From the NCBI GenBank assembly GCA_964016885.1, contig OZ024743.1, forward strand, positions 360,158,001 through 360,222,000: 64,000 bases of DNA, given 5' to 3'. The position numbers and the translations under genes are program-made. Below, one piece after another: positions 26,183 to 38,190 of this stretch. Source of the DNA: Eledone cirrhosa. Its lineage: Eukaryota. The stretch's first letter is position 1. Each line of letters begins with the position of its first letter. A model generated the notes under the pieces. The model was not told the DNA's origin. It did no database searches and saw nothing but the letters and a program-made list of their open reading frames with translations.

Positions 26183-28276
26183 ATGGCTACCAAAAAGAAA
26201 TTTCATACGTCACTCCCAGTCATTCCGTCTTCTTCTTCCTCAATCATCACTACAGCAGAGAGAAGATTGTCTCTCTCCCTCCCTTCTTTAAATGTGTCTC
26301 TCTCCCTCCCTTCTCTTTCGCAAGCGACGAAAGAAAAGAAAAGTCTCGTGCAAAGCGTGCAAGGTTTCTCCACGACGACGACGACAGCGACGAAACAGGT
26401 GTGCGGGAAATACGAAAACCCAGTTCATTCGTCTGACGTCAGGAATAATAGCAGTAGCAGCCGTAATAACAACAGCAACAGTGACAATGAAAACAACAGT
26501 AGCAGCCGCAACAGCATCACCAGCAGCATAAACAACAACAGCATTAGCAGCAGCAACACCAACAACAACCACAGCAACAGCGGCGGAGGCAGTAGTCGTA
26601 GTACCTGCAGCAACAAAAGTACCAGCAGCTCTGACGACAACAACAACAGCAGAGAAAAACCAATCTCATTTGCAGGTATTGCGAAAAACTTGGAAACAAT
26701 CCTCATAACAAATGAGGAATTAGAGGAAGCGAAGAAGATGGTGACAAAGAACGGACACCGAGCAATCTGCAAGGCAGCGAAAAATTTTTTCGAAACCCAA
26801 GAGCACTGTACGGTCACGTACCGTACAGTAAGTACAAAATCCCGTAGGGTGGAAAGAGCCACAGAGGCCCAAATACAAAAAGCCTTGGGGTCTGTGTGGC
26901 AGAGGAAAACGCACATCACCCGAGGCAAAAAATACGCCACCGTAGACGTACTTTTTGCCACACCCCAGGAGGCAAAGGCCCAATCAGTAGTGACCCTAAG
27001 GAGCGAGGAAATGGTGTTGGTGCCCTCCTACTGCGGGCAAAAAATTGTGAGGGTCAAACTGACCCACGTCCCCCCCGGAATGACCCCTTCTTGGCTGGCT
27101 GCGTCTGTCCTCGTCGGAATCGAGGACAAAACAACTGTACTGCAAGTACAGAAAAAAGTAAGAGAAGATTGGGTCGGCTCCTCCATTGAGATGCTAATCC
27201 AAACCAACCAGGAGTGCATCGAAGCTATCCCGGATGTGATAGACTTCGATAACGGCACTCAACTGCCCATAAGTGTTGAGGGCAAACGCCCGAAATGCTT
27301 TCGCTGTGGATCGAAGACTCACCTCAGGGCCTTCTGCAACGAGAAGACCCTGAGAAAGGAGAAAACCCCCCTCCTTCCGAATCCGGCTCCACGGCTACCA
27401 GCAACAGGACAAGCGGCAACCAGGAACGATAGGTCCGTGGCACCCATACCCACTCCACGGAAATCAAAGACAGCAGCAGCAGTGGAAATATTAACAACAA
27501 CAACAGCAATACCAAATGCAGCTGCAACAGAGACTCCAGTGCAAACATCACCAACAACAACAAGTGAAAGAGTGGAGCTGGTACCCCTCCCCGACCTTAC
27601 AGAATCAGACATGGAGTGTGAGGTGGGAGAGGGATGGCAAAAGGTCGCAAGAAGGCACAAACGCAGAAGCAGCGCATCGTCGCCTTTGAAAAGGGAGGAA
27701 AGAAATGAGAAAAGGGTAAAGTCTACTGCAAAGAGACCCACAGCAGCAACACCACCAACACCATCACCACCCACACCAGCACCACCATCACCACCGGCGA
27801 CAACCCCACCGCCAACAACACCTTCAACACCACCACCACAAGCACCAACATCGCAAACACAACAACAAAACACACACACCCAGCAACAACGACAAGAAAA
27901 TAGCAGAACCACACCCCACCCCCAGAAAAACAAATGCACGGCAATAAATACACACAACAAGAAACTAATGACTTACATAATTGAACACACAGACATTTCA
28001 CAACAGGACTACATAATACCAGCACCAATCAAAACGCCAACTAACATAAGACTGCTAAAAATAGCACAGAAACAATACACAAACATTAAAACGAAATTCC
28101 CCAACGCAGTTGGTGATTTCAGGGACCTAGGAGGAACCATCAATCGAAGAGTATACTCAGACATATTCTTAGAAGAGCCGACGACCAGCCGAAGGGACGA
28201 TTCAACGGTCCCTTCACCAGACGATCAAGTGAAAAGGGATGTAAAAACCATCCCTCCTCTACCAAAAGTACGGTAA
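26183..28276 (+). CDS. LINE ORF1 (gag-like nucleic-acid chaperone with one CCHC knuckle)
   Basis: ATG at 26183 (MATKKK, conserved in copy 2); CFRCGSKTHLRAFC knuckle; N/S-rich and P/T-rich disordered tracts. Confidence 0.88.
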   Translation: MATKKKFHTSLPVIPSSSSSIITTAERRLSLSLPSLNVSLSLPSLSQATKEKKSLVQSVQGFSTTTTTATKQVCGKYENPVHSSDVRNNSSSSRNNNSNSDNENNSSSRNSITSSINNNSISSSNTNNNHSNSGGGSSRSTCSNKSTSSSDDNNNSREKPISFAGIAKNLETILITNEELEEAKKMVTKNGHRAICKAAKNFFETQEHCTVTYRTVSTKSRRVERATEAQIQKALGSVWQRKTHITRGKKYATVDVLFATPQEAKAQSVVTLRSEEMVLVPSYCGQKIVRVKLTHVPPGMTPSWLAASVLVGIEDKTTVLQVQKKVREDWVGSSIEMLIQTNQECIEAIPDVIDFDNGTQLPISVEGKRPKCFRCGSKTHLRAFCNEKTLRKEKTPLLPNPAPRLPATGQAATRNDRSVAPIPTPRKSKTAAAVEILTTTTAIPNAAATETPVQTSPTTTSERVELVPLPDLTESDMECEVGEGWQKVARRHKRRSSASSPLKREERNEKRVKSTAKRPTAATPPTPSPPTPAPPSPPATTPPPTTPSTPPPQAPTSQTQQQNTHTQQQRQENSRTTPHPQKNKCTAINTHNKKLMTYIIEHTDISQQDYIIPAPIKTPTNIRLLKIAQKQYTNIKTKFPNAVGDFRDLGGTINRRVYSDIFLEEPTTSRRDDSTVPSPDDQVKRDVKTIPPLPKVR

Positions 28277-28311
28277 GTGGTCTTTCCCATCTTTTCCACT
28301 CTATTTTAAAC

Positions 28312-31300
28312 ATGACCTCACTCAGAATAGGCAGCATAAATGCGCGTGGCTTGGGGTCGTCATGGAAGCAGGGTCACCTGCTCAACGACCTCAGGTCACT
28401 AAACATAGATGTAGTGGCCATCAGCGAGACCAGAATCTCCGAAGCACGGGCCTTCGCACCGATCTTCGGCGGCTACGATGTGTACGCATCTCCCAGCCGT
28501 CCTGGATCGGGTGGAGGAGTTGCTGTGCTTTTTCGGAGAAGTTTGGATCTCGCCATACGGGCCATCTTCCTGGACCCAGAGGGTAAGCTGGTGGTGCTGG
28601 ACGTGACCAGCGGAGACGGGCAAGCTTTCAGGCTAGTGGCCGTCTATGCCCCGACAGGAGCAGGGCGGCCTGATTTCTTCCGGCGTCTGGAGACCTTTCT
28701 TGGAACGTCCCGCTCTTTAGTGTTAGTGGGCGACTGGAACGGGATCTTAGATGCACGCTGGGACTGTGTGGGATTAGCGGATAGGGGTGGAGGGTGCAAG
28801 AGCCTCACCAACCTGCTCAGGCGTTTTGAACTGTCTGACAGGTACCGATTGGATTTCCCGAATGTGCCAATGTGGACTTGGACAAACCGCATAGGGTCAT
28901 CCAGATCATATCTAGATAGAGTATTTTGTAGGGAAATAGATAGGTCTAGCATAGGCTGTCCACAATTCAAGATAGTCAGCTACACGGACCACAAATTCGT
29001 GATCTGTGTGCTTGATTTAGATAGGCTTCATAGACGAGGACCCGGCTACTGGAAGCTAAACGCGTCCTTACCAGCGCGCAAGGCCTACAGAGACCGGATT
29101 AGCGAACTAGTTAAGCGGGCGTTGACGGGGGCCATCGTCAACAACAAGTGGTGGTTTGCTCTGAAAAGAGCGATTAGAATAGAATCGATTAGGTTTAGTA
29201 AGGCTTTAGCAATAGAGAAAAATAGAGCAGAGGGAGAACTAGTTAGAAAATTAGACGAGGCGCTTAGCAAAGGCATTGCGACCGACGTGCTTGCAGCGAA
29301 ATTGGCCCTTGACCAATTCTTCAATGCAAAGCACGAAGGCTGCGTTGTCAGAGCAAGGGTGCGTGCTCTCAGACACGAGGAGACGAAAGCCGTTCAATGG
29401 GCCCGAGTGGCGGAGGCGCGTCGTGGCAACAAAGCCACGATCCGGTCTTTGGTGGACCACGACGGGCGCATGCTACTCGATCCCGGGAAAATGTGTGAAG
29501 CTTTTCAGCGACACTTCGCTCAGCTGTTCGGGGGCAACGGTGGGCCGGGTAGAGGGATGGACTTTAGTGTCTACCTCGACGGACTGCCGCGGCTCTCGGC
29601 CACTGAGGCGAAGTGTTGCGAAAAGCCGATAACAGCCGCTGAAGTACGGGAGGCAATGACTGGCTGCACAAGGGGTAAATCGCCTGGTTTGGATGGTCTG
29701 CCCTATGAACTTTACGTACAGATGCCAGACTTGTTCGGAGGCCTCTTGGCGGACGTCTACTGCAACTGGCAACAGAACGGGAGAATTCCCAGTTCTGTGA
29801 GCCGAGGAGCGGTGGCACTGCTGAGAAAGGATCCGAACAAGGGGGATAACATAGACAATTTCCGGCCCATAACTCTGCTAAACACAGAGTTTAAGATTTT
29901 GGCCAAGGTGCTAGCAAAGAGGTTGGCGCTTGTCGTTGGTGGTCTGGTGGGAGAGGCGCAGACATGCGCCATTCCCGACAGATCCATCCACGACAACCTC
30001 CACCTCATGCGATACATCGTAGAGAGCGTAGCTAGGGAACCTGGCACGGGTGGGTCCTTGATCAATTTAGATCAGTCGAAAGCTTTCGATAGGGTCGACC
30101 ATCGTTACCTAGCGGCAGTCCTGAGGGCGGCTGGCTTTGGGCCCGTCTTCAGAGGCTGGATCGCTGCCATGCACAGCGACATCTGCTCTGTAGTGAGAGT
30201 GAACGGTCACCTGTCGGAACCGTTCAACATCATGCGCTCGGTCCGCCAAGGATGTCCCCTCTCGTCCCTCTTGTACGTATTGACTCTCGAGCCATTACTG
30301 CACAAACTGGAGACGTTGAGGGGAGTCCCGCGCGAACTAGGATGCGGAAGATCCGTGTCAGCATATGCGGACGATGTCACCGTAGTGGTGTCGAACGCCA
30401 AACACATCGAGGCGATCGGCACTACACTAAGAGAATACGAAGTGGTGACAGGAGCAATGATCAACCAGGAAAAGTCAGTGGGCCTGCAGCTCGGCACCTG
30501 GAGAGGCAGGTCCATGCCGTCCAACAGCGTCGTCGGGCGCTGGACGGACGGACCGGTTAAATTGCTAGGGGTCTGGTTCGGTCCGGACCTCCAGACGGAC
30601 AAAAACTGGGACGAGGTGACGAGCAGGGTGGCTTCTCTCACCCAGAAATGGGCGGAGAGGAAGCTATCCCTGAAAGGTCGAGCGGAGGTGGCTAACGCGT
30701 ACATCGCGTCTGTCATCTGCTACCGCCTGACCGTCGTACCTTGTCCTAAGCCTCGCCTGACTGCGCTGGAGCGTTTGCTCTTTCGCTTTTTGTGGAAGGG
30801 ACGTGCTCCGATGGTCAGGCGGTCCATCTGTTGTCAACACCCGCTACGTGGAGGGCTGGGCATGCCGTGGCTGATGATGCGCAGGCACGCGCTCAGGCTA
30901 CGACATCTCCACCTCTTCCTCGACGGTGATCAGGTGTGGTCGCCGTTTGCTAGACGCGTTTTTCCCCAGCTCGTTTCCTTGACGGAGCTGCAGTCCTGGG
31001 TCAAGCGAAGACCGAGAGGGAGCGCCTGGAGACTGGAATGTCTTCAGGCGCTCACAGCCCTCGACCAATCGGGCAATGTGATCGGTGGAAACTCCACCTC
31101 GGCGTTCTATAGAGGATTAGTGGAGGGGAAGAGCGACGACGTACTTGGGGAAACTCTAGGCGTCGACGAAAATCAACTAGCCAATCTCTTCGGAAGAACT
31201 TTCGGGCCGGGGCCTATGGACAACTTCCAGAAATCTCTGGCCTGGCAGTGCTACCGAGGAGCCTTGCCAGTTCGGGATAAACTCTACAGGCATGGAGGTG

Positions 31301-31731
31301 CCGTCAGCCGGGCATGTCCGAGATGCGCGCAGGGCGACGAAACCGTCCTGCACGCACTCGTCCAGTGTCCGAAAATTGCTGACTTGTGGGTTTATGTCGA
31401 ACACCTGCTGTCGCGTTTAGGACGGATCCAGCTATCATCTGAGTCCATCGTGAGGATTGCCCCGCCCTCCTCCTTTATCCGGGAAGGGCAGGCAGTTTTT
31501 ATCTGTCTGGTGGCCATGGCGAAAGAGATAGTATGGTGGACACGTTTGAAAGGGCTGAAGACGAGCACTTACCTCTTCGGTGATGCTCTGATTGACTTTT
31601 TCAAATTTCATTTGAAAAGGAAAATCAGAGTAGAGAGGGAAGTGCTCTCTTCCCAGCATTTTGTTGAAAGATGGGTGAGAGAAGCAAGAATGGCCCGAGT
31701 GAATGGGCCTACTCTGAGCATATATCTGTAA
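28312..31731 (+). CDS. LINE ORF2: APE endonuclease + reverse transcriptase + C-terminal Cys/His motif
   Basis: 1139 aa; GSINARGL, SETR, VYAP, GDWN, YLDRVF, TDH, QGCPLS, AYADD, CPRC..ETVLHALVQC. Confidence 0.96.
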   Translation: MTSLRIGSINARGLGSSWKQGHLLNDLRSLNIDVVAISETRISEARAFAPIFGGYDVYASPSRPGSGGGVAVLFRRSLDLAIRAIFLDPEGKLVVLDVTSGDGQAFRLVAVYAPTGAGRPDFFRRLETFLGTSRSLVLVGDWNGILDARWDCVGLADRGGGCKSLTNLLRRFELSDRYRLDFPNVPMWTWTNRIGSSRSYLDRVFCREIDRSSIGCPQFKIVSYTDHKFVICVLDLDRLHRRGPGYWKLNASLPARKAYRDRISELVKRALTGAIVNNKWWFALKRAIRIESIRFSKALAIEKNRAEGELVRKLDEALSKGIATDVLAAKLALDQFFNAKHEGCVVRARVRALRHEETKAVQWARVAEARRGNKATIRSLVDHDGRMLLDPGKMCEAFQRHFAQLFGGNGGPGRGMDFSVYLDGLPRLSATEAKCCEKPITAAEVREAMTGCTRGKSPGLDGLPYELYVQMPDLFGGLLADVYCNWQQNGRIPSSVSRGAVALLRKDPNKGDNIDNFRPITLLNTEFKILAKVLAKRLALVVGGLVGEAQTCAIPDRSIHDNLHLMRYIVESVAREPGTGGSLINLDQSKAFDRVDHRYLAAVLRAAGFGPVFRGWIAAMHSDICSVVRVNGHLSEPFNIMRSVRQGCPLSSLLYVLTLEPLLHKLETLRGVPRELGCGRSVSAYADDVTVVVSNAKHIEAIGTTLREYEVVTGAMINQEKSVGLQLGTWRGRSMPSNSVVGRWTDGPVKLLGVWFGPDLQTDKNWDEVTSRVASLTQKWAERKLSLKGRAEVANAYIASVICYRLTVVPCPKPRLTALERLLFRFLWKGRAPMVRRSICCQHPLRGGLGMPWLMMRRHALRLRHLHLFLDGDQVWSPFARRVFPQLVSLTELQSWVKRRPRGSAWRLECLQALTALDQSGNVIGGNSTSAFYRGLVEGKSDDVLGETLGVDENQLANLFGRTFGPGPMDNFQKSLAWQCYRGALPVRDKLYRHGGAVSRACPRCAQGDETVLHALVQCPKIADLWVYVEHLLSRLGRIQLSSESIVRIAPPSSFIREGQAVFICLVAMAKEIVWWTRLKGLKTSTYLFGDALIDFFKFHLKRKIRVEREVLSSQHFVERWVREARMARVNGPTLSIYL

Positions 31732-31991
31732 ATTAAAGGTGGAAAACTGGGAGAGGGCACTTGCCTTGGTGGTCAGGGTCATTGTGGCTTTTTACTGGGC
31801 TTTCTCCACAAATGTCCCTCCGAAGTCTCCCCCCTATTGGGGAATTTTTCATTGTTATTTTCATTGTTATTTTTGTTACATCCTCTGTTTTTGTTTTTTT
31901 ACACGCAGAAATGCCCATTTGTACCGTCCTGCATTGTCCTGCACTGTCCTTAATGTCTACTTTATGTAAACCCTTGTGGTTAATAAAGAAA

Positions 31992-32045
<54 letters not shown>

Positions 32046-32046
<1 letters not shown>

Positions 32047-35000
32047 ATGCCATGGTTGACGAAGGCTCGGCTCTGTAAGGTATAGTAATTTTTAACCGTT
32101 ATAACAGTTGTAAATTGTTTAAAACTTGAACCAAATTGTAGATAACGACACCCGCCTCCTCGTGAGAGGGGGCTTTCTAACCGTTATGTGGCCCTTCGGG
32201 ACTAAATAACCAGTTATTGGGGTTTTGTGCCCAATATTCATGTTAAACCGTAAAAAAAAAACATGGCTACAAAAAAAAATGTTCACAAGTCACTCCCACT
32301 CCTTCCGTCTTCTTCCTCAATCGTCATTATGTCAGAGAAAAGATTGTCTCTCTCCCTCCCTTCTCTAAATGTGGTGTCGCCTCTTTCGCAAGCGACGCTA
32401 TTAAAGAAAAAGAAAAATGTAGTTTCTCGTACTTTTCTTCATCAAGAGAACGAGCGTACCGTGGAAATTTCTCCACGACGACGACAACGACCAAAGATGT
32501 GTGCGGTAAATACGGAAAGCCATTTCATTCGTCTGGCGTCATGAAGAATAGCAGCAGCAGCCGTGATAACAGCAGCAGCAGCAAAAGTGGCGAGGAAAAT
32601 ATTAGTAGCAGCCCCAACAACATCAGCAGCAGCATAAACAACAACAACATCAGCAACAACAGCAGCAGCAGCAACAACAACAACAACCACAGCAGCAGCG
32701 GCGGCGGCGGTCGTAGTACCAGCAGCAACAACACAAGTAACAGCAGCTCTGACGACAACAACAACAACAACAACAAGAAAGAAAAAACAATCTCGTTTGT
32801 AGGTATCACAAAGTACCTGGAAACCATCCTTATAACAAATGAGGAATTACAGGAAGCAAAGAAGATGGTGACGAAAACCGGACACCGAGCAATCTGCAAG
32901 GCAGCTGAAACATATTTCGAAACCCAACAGCACTGTACGGTCTCGTACCGTACAGTAAGCACAAAATCACGTAGGGTTGAAAGAGCCACAGAAGCTCAAA
33001 TACAAAAAGCCTTAGGGTCTGTGTGGCAGAGGAAAACGCATATCACCCGAGGCAAGAAATATGCCACCGTGACGTGCTTTTGCCACACACCACGAGGCAA
33101 AGGCTCAATCCTTAGTGATTCTAAGGAGCGAGGAAATGGTGTTTGTGTCGTCCTACTGCGGGCAAAAAATTGTGAGGGTCAAACTGACCCAAGTCCCCCC
33201 CTGGATGGCCCCTTCTTTGCTGGCCGCGTCAGTCCTCGTCGGAATCGAGGACAAAACAACCGTACTGCAAGTACAGAAAAAAGAACGAGAAGATTGGGTC
33301 GGCACCTCCATTGAGATGTGAATCCAAACCAACCAGGAGTGCATCAAAGCTATCCCGGATGTGATAGACTTCGATAACTGCACTCAACTGCCCATAAGTG
33401 TTGAGGGCAAACGCCCGAAATGCTTTCGCTGTGGGTCGAAGACTCACCTCAGGGCCTTCTGCAATGAGAAGACCCTGAGAAAGGAGAAACCCCCCCCCCC
33501 CCTTCCGAAACCGGCTCCACTGATACCAGCAACAGGACAGGCGGCAAGCAGCAAGGATAGGTCCGTGGCACCCATACCCATGCCAGAGAAATCAAGAACA
33601 GCAGCAGCAGTGGAAGTATTAACAACAACAACAGTTATACCAACTGCAGCTGCAACAGAGACTCCACTGCAACCATCACCAACAAAAACAAGTGAAAGAG
33701 TGGAGCTGGTACTCCTCCCCCACCTCACAGAATCGGACATGGAGTGGGATGTGGGAGAGGGATGGCAAAACGTCGCAAGAAGGCACAAACACTGAAGGAG
33801 CGCATCGTCGCCTTCGAAAATGGAGGGAAGAAATGAAAAAAAGGTAAAGGCTACTGCAAAGAGACTACAGCAGCAACACCACCAACACCATCACCACCCA
33901 CACTAGCACTACCATCACCACCGGCGGCAACCTCACCGCCAACAACAACAACACCTTCAACACCACCACAACAAGCACCAACATCGCAAACACAGCAACA
34001 AAACACACATACCTAACAACGACAAGAAAATAGCAGAACCACACCCCACCCCCAGCAAAAGAAATACACAGCAATAAATACAGACAACAAGAAACTAATG
34101 ACTTACATAATTTAACACACAGACATTTCAGAGCACGACTACATAATACCAGCACCAATCAAAACACCAACGAACATAAGACTGGTAAGAATATCACAGA
34201 AACAAGACACAAACTTTAAAACGAAATTCCCCAACGCAGTTGGTGATTTCAGAGACCTAGGAGGGACACTCAACCGGAGAGTATATTCGGATATACTCAC
34301 AGAAGAGCCGACGACCAGCCGAAGTGACGATTCAACGGCCCCTTCACCAGACAATCAAGGTAAGTGATCCTTTCTCACTTGCCACGTTCGTCACCCAAAA
34401 TGGCCGTACTAAGAATAGGCAGTATAAATGCACGTGGCCTGGGGACATCTTGGAAGCAGGGTCACCTTCTCAACGACCTCAGGTCACTAAACATAGATGT
34501 GGTGGCCATCAGTGAGACCAGAATCTCCGAAGCACAAGCCTTCGCAGCGATCTTTGGCGGCTCCGATGTATACGCATCTCCCAGCCGTCCAGGATCAGGG
34601 GGAGGGTTGCCGTCCTTTTTCGGAGAGGCTTGGATCTCGCCATACAGGCCAGCTTCCTAGACCCAGAAGGTAAGTCGGTGGTGCTGGACGTGACCGGCAG
34701 CGACAGCAATGCTTTCATGCCAACAGGGGCAGGACGGCCAGATTTCTTAAGACGACTAGAGACCTTTCTTGGAACGTCCAGCTCTTTAGTGTTAGTGGGC
34801 GACTGGAACGGTATCTTGGATGCACGCTGGGATTGTGTGGGGCTAGTGGATAGGGAAGGAGGGTGCAATAACCTCACCAACCTGCTCAGACGTTTTGAAC
34901 TGTCTGGCAGGTATCGACTGGATCACCCGAATGTGCCAATGTGGACATGGACAAACCGCATCGGGTCATCCAGATCGTATCTCGATAGGGTATTCTGCAG

Positions 35001-37555
35001 AGAACTAGATAAGGCGAGTATGAGTTTTCCACAATTTAAAATAGTCGACTACACAGACCACAAATTTGTGATCTGTGAGATCGACATAGACACACTTCAT
35101 AGACAAGGGCCCGGTTACTGGAAGCTGAACGCGTCTTTCCCGGCGCGCAAAGCCTACAGAGACCGGATTAGCGTATTAGTTAAGCGGGCCTTGACGTGAG
35201 CGGTCGTCAACAACAGGTGGTGATTCGCCCTGAAAAGGGCAATTAAAGTAGAGTCGATTAGGTTTAGCAAAGGACTAGTGATAGAGGAAAATAGAGTAGA
35301 GGGAAAGCTAGTCAGAAAGCTTGAAGTTTAGGCGTTTAGGCGTTTAGGCGCTGCTGAGAAAAGACCCGAACTAGGGTGATGTTATCGATAATGTCAGGCC
35401 CATAACACTGCTAAACGCAGATTTCAAGATTTTGGCCAAGGTGTTAGTAACGAGGTTGGCGCTTGTCGTCAAGGGTCTGGTGGTAGAGGCACAGACATTC
35501 GCCATTCCGGTCTGATCCATACACGACAACCTCCACCTCATGCGATACATCATAGAGAGGGTGGTTAATGAACCTGGCACGGGTGGGTCCCTGATCAACT
35601 TGGATCAATCCAAAGCATTCATTAGGGTCGACCATAGGTACCTGGCAGCGGTCCTCGGGGCAGCGTTTTCGGGCCTGTTTTCAGGGGTTGGATCGCTGCG
35701 ATGTACAGCGACATCTGCTCAGTTGCGAGAGGGTGAACGGTCACATGTCGCAGCCGTTCAGCATCATGCGCTCGGTCCGCCAGGGTTGTCCCCTCTCGTC
35801 CATCTTGTACGTATTGGCGCTCGAGCCGTTTACTGCACAAACTGGGGGGCGATGAGGGGGCGTCCCACGCGAACTAGGATGCGGGAAATCCGAGTCGGCT
35901 TACGCCGACGACTTCACCGTGGTGGTTTCGAGCACCAGACACGTCCAGATGCTCGGCACCGCTCTCATGGAATACGAAGCGGTGACAGGAGCAAAGATAA
36001 ACCAGGAAAAGTCGGTGAGCTTGCAGCTCGGCACCTGGAGAGGCAAGTTCATGCCGTCCGACAGCGTCGTGGGGCGTTGGACGGACGGACCGGTTAAATT
36101 GCTCGGGGTCTGGTTCGGACTGGACCTCCAGATGGAGAAAAACTGGAACGAGGTGGCCAGCAAGGTGGCCTCCCTCACCCAGAAATGGGCCGAGAGGAAT
36201 CTGTCCCTGAAAGGCCGGGCGGAGGTGGCGAATGAGTACATCGCATCCGTCATCTGCTACCGCCTCACCGTCGTCCCTTGCCCCGGCCCAAATCTCACCA
36301 AAATAGAGCGCCTCCTCTTCCGCTTTTTGTGGAAGTGACGCGCTCCCATGGTCAGACGATACATCTGCTGTCAACACCCGTTGCGTGGAGGACCGGGCAT
36401 GCCATGCATGATGCGCAAACTTCGCTGAGGCTACGACATCTCTGGTGCTTCCTTGACGGTGAAAAGGTCTGGTCGCCGTTCGCCAGGCACGTTTTCCCAC
36501 AGCTCGTCTCTTTGACGGACCTGCAGTCCTGGGTCAGGAAAAGACCGAGGGATAGCGCTTGGAAACTTGAATGTCTCCAGGCGCTCACTGCCCTCTGCCA
36601 GCTAGGCACCAGTATCGGTGAACATCCACCTGGGCGTTCTATAGAGGACTAGTGGAGGGGAATAGCGACGACGTTCTCGGAGAGATCCTCGGCGTCGAAG
36701 ATCAGCTGTTTGCTCTCTTCCGGAGAACTTTCAGCCCAGGGCCTATGGATAACTTCCTAAAATCCCTGGCCTGGCAGTGCTACCGGGGAGCGTTGCGGGT
36801 TCGGGATAAGCTCTGCAGGCACGGAAGTGCCGTCAACCGAGTCTGTCCGAGATTCGCGTAGAGCGACGAATCCGTCGTGCACGCACTCGTTCAGTGCCCG
36901 AGCATTGCTGACTTGTGGAGCTATGTCGAACAGTTGCTGTCGCGTGTAGGACTGATCCGGTTATCGACTGAGTCCTTTGTGCAGATGGTCTCGCCGTCTT
37001 CCTTCAAGGAGGAAGAGCAGGCAGTTTTCATCTGCCTGGTGGCCATGGCGAAAGAGATTGTGTGGTGGACAAGGTTGAAAGGGTTAAAGACAGATACTTT
37101 CCTCTTCGGCGAATCCCTAATTAACTTTTTCAAGTTTCACTTGAAGAGGAAAATTAGGGTGGAGAGGCAGGTGCTGCCTTCTAGCAAGTTTGTTGAAAGG
37201 TGGGTGAATGTAGCGAGAATGGTCCTTGTGAACGGAGCCACTCTGAATATACGCCTGTAGATTGAGAAATGGAAAAATTCAGAGAGGACACTTGCTCTGT
37301 GTCAGGGTGGCCGTGGTCTTTTGTGCGGTTTTCGCTACGAGTAACCCTCAGAGGTCTCCCCTCTATTGGGGAATTTTTCATTGTTTCAATTTTCATTTCT
37401 ATTGTTTATATATATATATATATGTTTCTATGTCCTTTTTTTATTTTCTTATATAAATAATAAAAATGTTTACACGCACAAAACCCACATCGTACCGTCA
37501 TGTGCCGTCTGTAATGTTTTTCTTGATGTCAGCCCTTGTGGCCAATAAAGAAATC
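32046..37555 (+). mobile_element. Second, decayed Tx1-like copy in head-to-tail tandem
   Basis: Same 5' end (aatgccatggttgacg), frameshifted ORF1 and ORF2, ~560-bp deletion near 35330, a divergent 3' UTR, and an AATAAAGAAATC end followed by (ATT)n. Confidence 0.92.
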
Positions 37556-37586
<31 letters not shown>

Positions 37587-38145
37587 GCGACCTACATAGT
37601 AAATCGTATCATCGTGAGTTCCGCAAAGGTTTGTTATTTTCAGTTATTTAAAATTGCCATTTATGGAAAATTTTTATTGTTAACTGTATATAAGTGCACA
37701 TAGATTGATTTCTGAAAAGGACACTCAAAAAGATTGGGGCCTTGAGCCAAAAATTTAAACTTTTTATAATTATCAAAAAAAAAAAATTTATTTGAAAAAT
37801 CATGGCCGAAAAAATGGTAAATAAATAAATAATCATATCTATATACCTATTTCAGAGCACCAATTCTAATTTTCAATTTCTGCTTGACCGGCAACCGCTC
37901 TGTATAATCAGTTCCTGATTATTTACTAGAATTCTATAAGAACCAACCATCCATGATTTCAGCAAACAGGAGGATTAGTTGGCTTTGATAAGCAACAATA
38001 AATGCGAAACAAGGCCTTGTCAGCTTTATCTCCCCCTGTTTGCTGAAGATTAAAGTAAGTGAGTCTGTCCCTTCTCTAAAACAATAGCATAAGGTCTTCG
38101 AAATGCTTTTAAGTAAGCATACGATGTATTGCAAAATACACTATA

Positions 38146-38190
<45 letters not shown>

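Larger units (their letters stand above)
25971..31993 (+). mobile_element. Full-length, apparently intact Tx1/L1-clade LINE inserted in (ATT)n
   Basis: ~210-nt 5' UTR, open ORF1 and ORF2, and a 3' UTR ending AATAAAGAAATC. (ATT)n lies on both sides. The 5' end is defined by identity with the next copy. Confidence 0.95.

Noticed and set aside
26288-31782. Antisense and alternative-frame ORFs overlapping LINE ORF1/ORF2
   Set aside because: These shadow ORFs are expected from GC-rich or trinucleotide-repeat coding sequence and carry no motifs.
35326-35350. Telomere-like repeat (tttaggcg)x3
   Set aside because: The unit is 8 nt rather than TTAGGG, and there are only three copies, at a deletion junction.
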